The notes below the pieces were generated by a model that did not search any database, had not been told where the DNA came from, and was given only the letters and a program-made list of their open reading frames with translations. A program made the position numbers and the translations under genes. From Parasitella parasitica NRRL 2501 (lineage: Eukaryota > Fungi > Mucoromycota): DNA of 64,000 nucleotides. The stretch is taken from contig MU619294.1 of assembly GCA_025201805.1 (NCBI GenBank), forward strand, positions 102,072 to 166,071, written 5' to 3'. Positions 63,390 to 64,000 of this stretch are shown here, piece after piece (within the stretch, counting starts at the first letter, position 1; each line of letters opens with the position of its first letter).

Positions 63390-63930
63390 TCATTCGAGGG
63401 GACTTTTTCTTTTTCGAGAAAGATGATAGCTTTCAGAAGAAAGCCATGTTGTTGACGGGATTGGTATGTTTCGGTGATTGTTTTCTGCAGCTTTGATTAT
63501 AGACAACTCTGCAATATTCTGTTAAAATAACACAGAAAATTTAGTTCAAGGTGCACTGTTTGATTATTATTAAATATATTCACTTTTAATTGTACGATGC
63601 TGGAAATGATGTGCGGGAGGAAATATAATTCTTCCACATTTCTGAACAATTTCACCTTTGAGACCTTGACCATCCTATATAGCTTAGGAGATTTCATATC
63701 CATAAAGTAGGTGAATATGTCATCTCCTTGACAGATGATGCCACAAACAGCGGGATTTGGAACTCGATGAAAACAAGTGCATTGTAGGTTATTCGCATTT
63801 GCTTGCCGAGTTTTACTCTATCTGATTCTATTGCCGAGTCGTTGGTCGATTTTTTGAACTCGCCAATCACCAAGACACACTTCACGTTAATGGACAGTGC
63901 GGCTGGTACAGTGCTCTCGGCTTCAAATTG
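63390..63930 (-). pseudogene. 5'-truncated, frameshifted member of a Mucorales-type PD-(D/E)XK/REase-like gene family
   Basis: VIGEFKK...ESDRVKLGKQMRITYNALV (shift near 63768) VPNPAVCGIICQGDDIFTYFMDMKSPKLYRM...QLK/NIAELS...TWLSSESYHLSRKRK-TGA, with one intact intron. Family assignment is from motif memory. Confidence 0.5.
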
Positions 63931-64000
63931 CGTCCAAAAAAAATTCATTGCGCATCTTTAATTTTCAAACAGCGCATATTTATTTGGTCAAATTGCGCAC

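Overview
Gene-dense, intron-rich, AT-rich eukaryotic DNA from a fungus, most likely Mucorales/Mucoromycota (short ~50-80 nt introns, a PRL phosphatase gene, Mucorales-type Tc1 relics). It holds about 25 protein-coding genes, mostly housekeeping: CK2 alpha, PRL/PTP4A, SGF11, Opi1-like, Env7/STK16 kinase, MAD2, VPS4, CLPTM1, SmG, YAF9, an F-BAR/SH3 protein, SPT20, a Sel1-repeat protein, a DUF1765-like protein, a bZIP factor, a membrane protein, a P450, a PfkB/MAK32-like kinase, Ulp1, RPB2, TTI2-like, CPT1/EPT1, ARH1 and IML2/TTC39. It also holds one tRNA-Asn(GTT), four Tc1/IS630-type relics (two are inverted copies of one family that bracket ~26 kb of genes), a frameshifted nuclease-like gene fragment and three assembly gaps. 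The most interesting items are missing from the ORF track: (1) a 36-codon uORF ending YPQDSDPG-stop in front of the PRL phosphatase, a candidate fungal counterpart of the Mg2+-sensing PRL uORF of vertebrates; (2) a spliced 44-aa BRAWNIN/UQCC6-like microprotein gene; (3) a spliced small secreted Cys-containing protein in a very tight tandem gene array; (4) a possible ATF4/Gcn4-like overlapping uORF on the bZIP gene. No CRISPR array or rRNA was seen. Exon boundaries were inferred by eye and family assignments come from remembered motifs, not searches.
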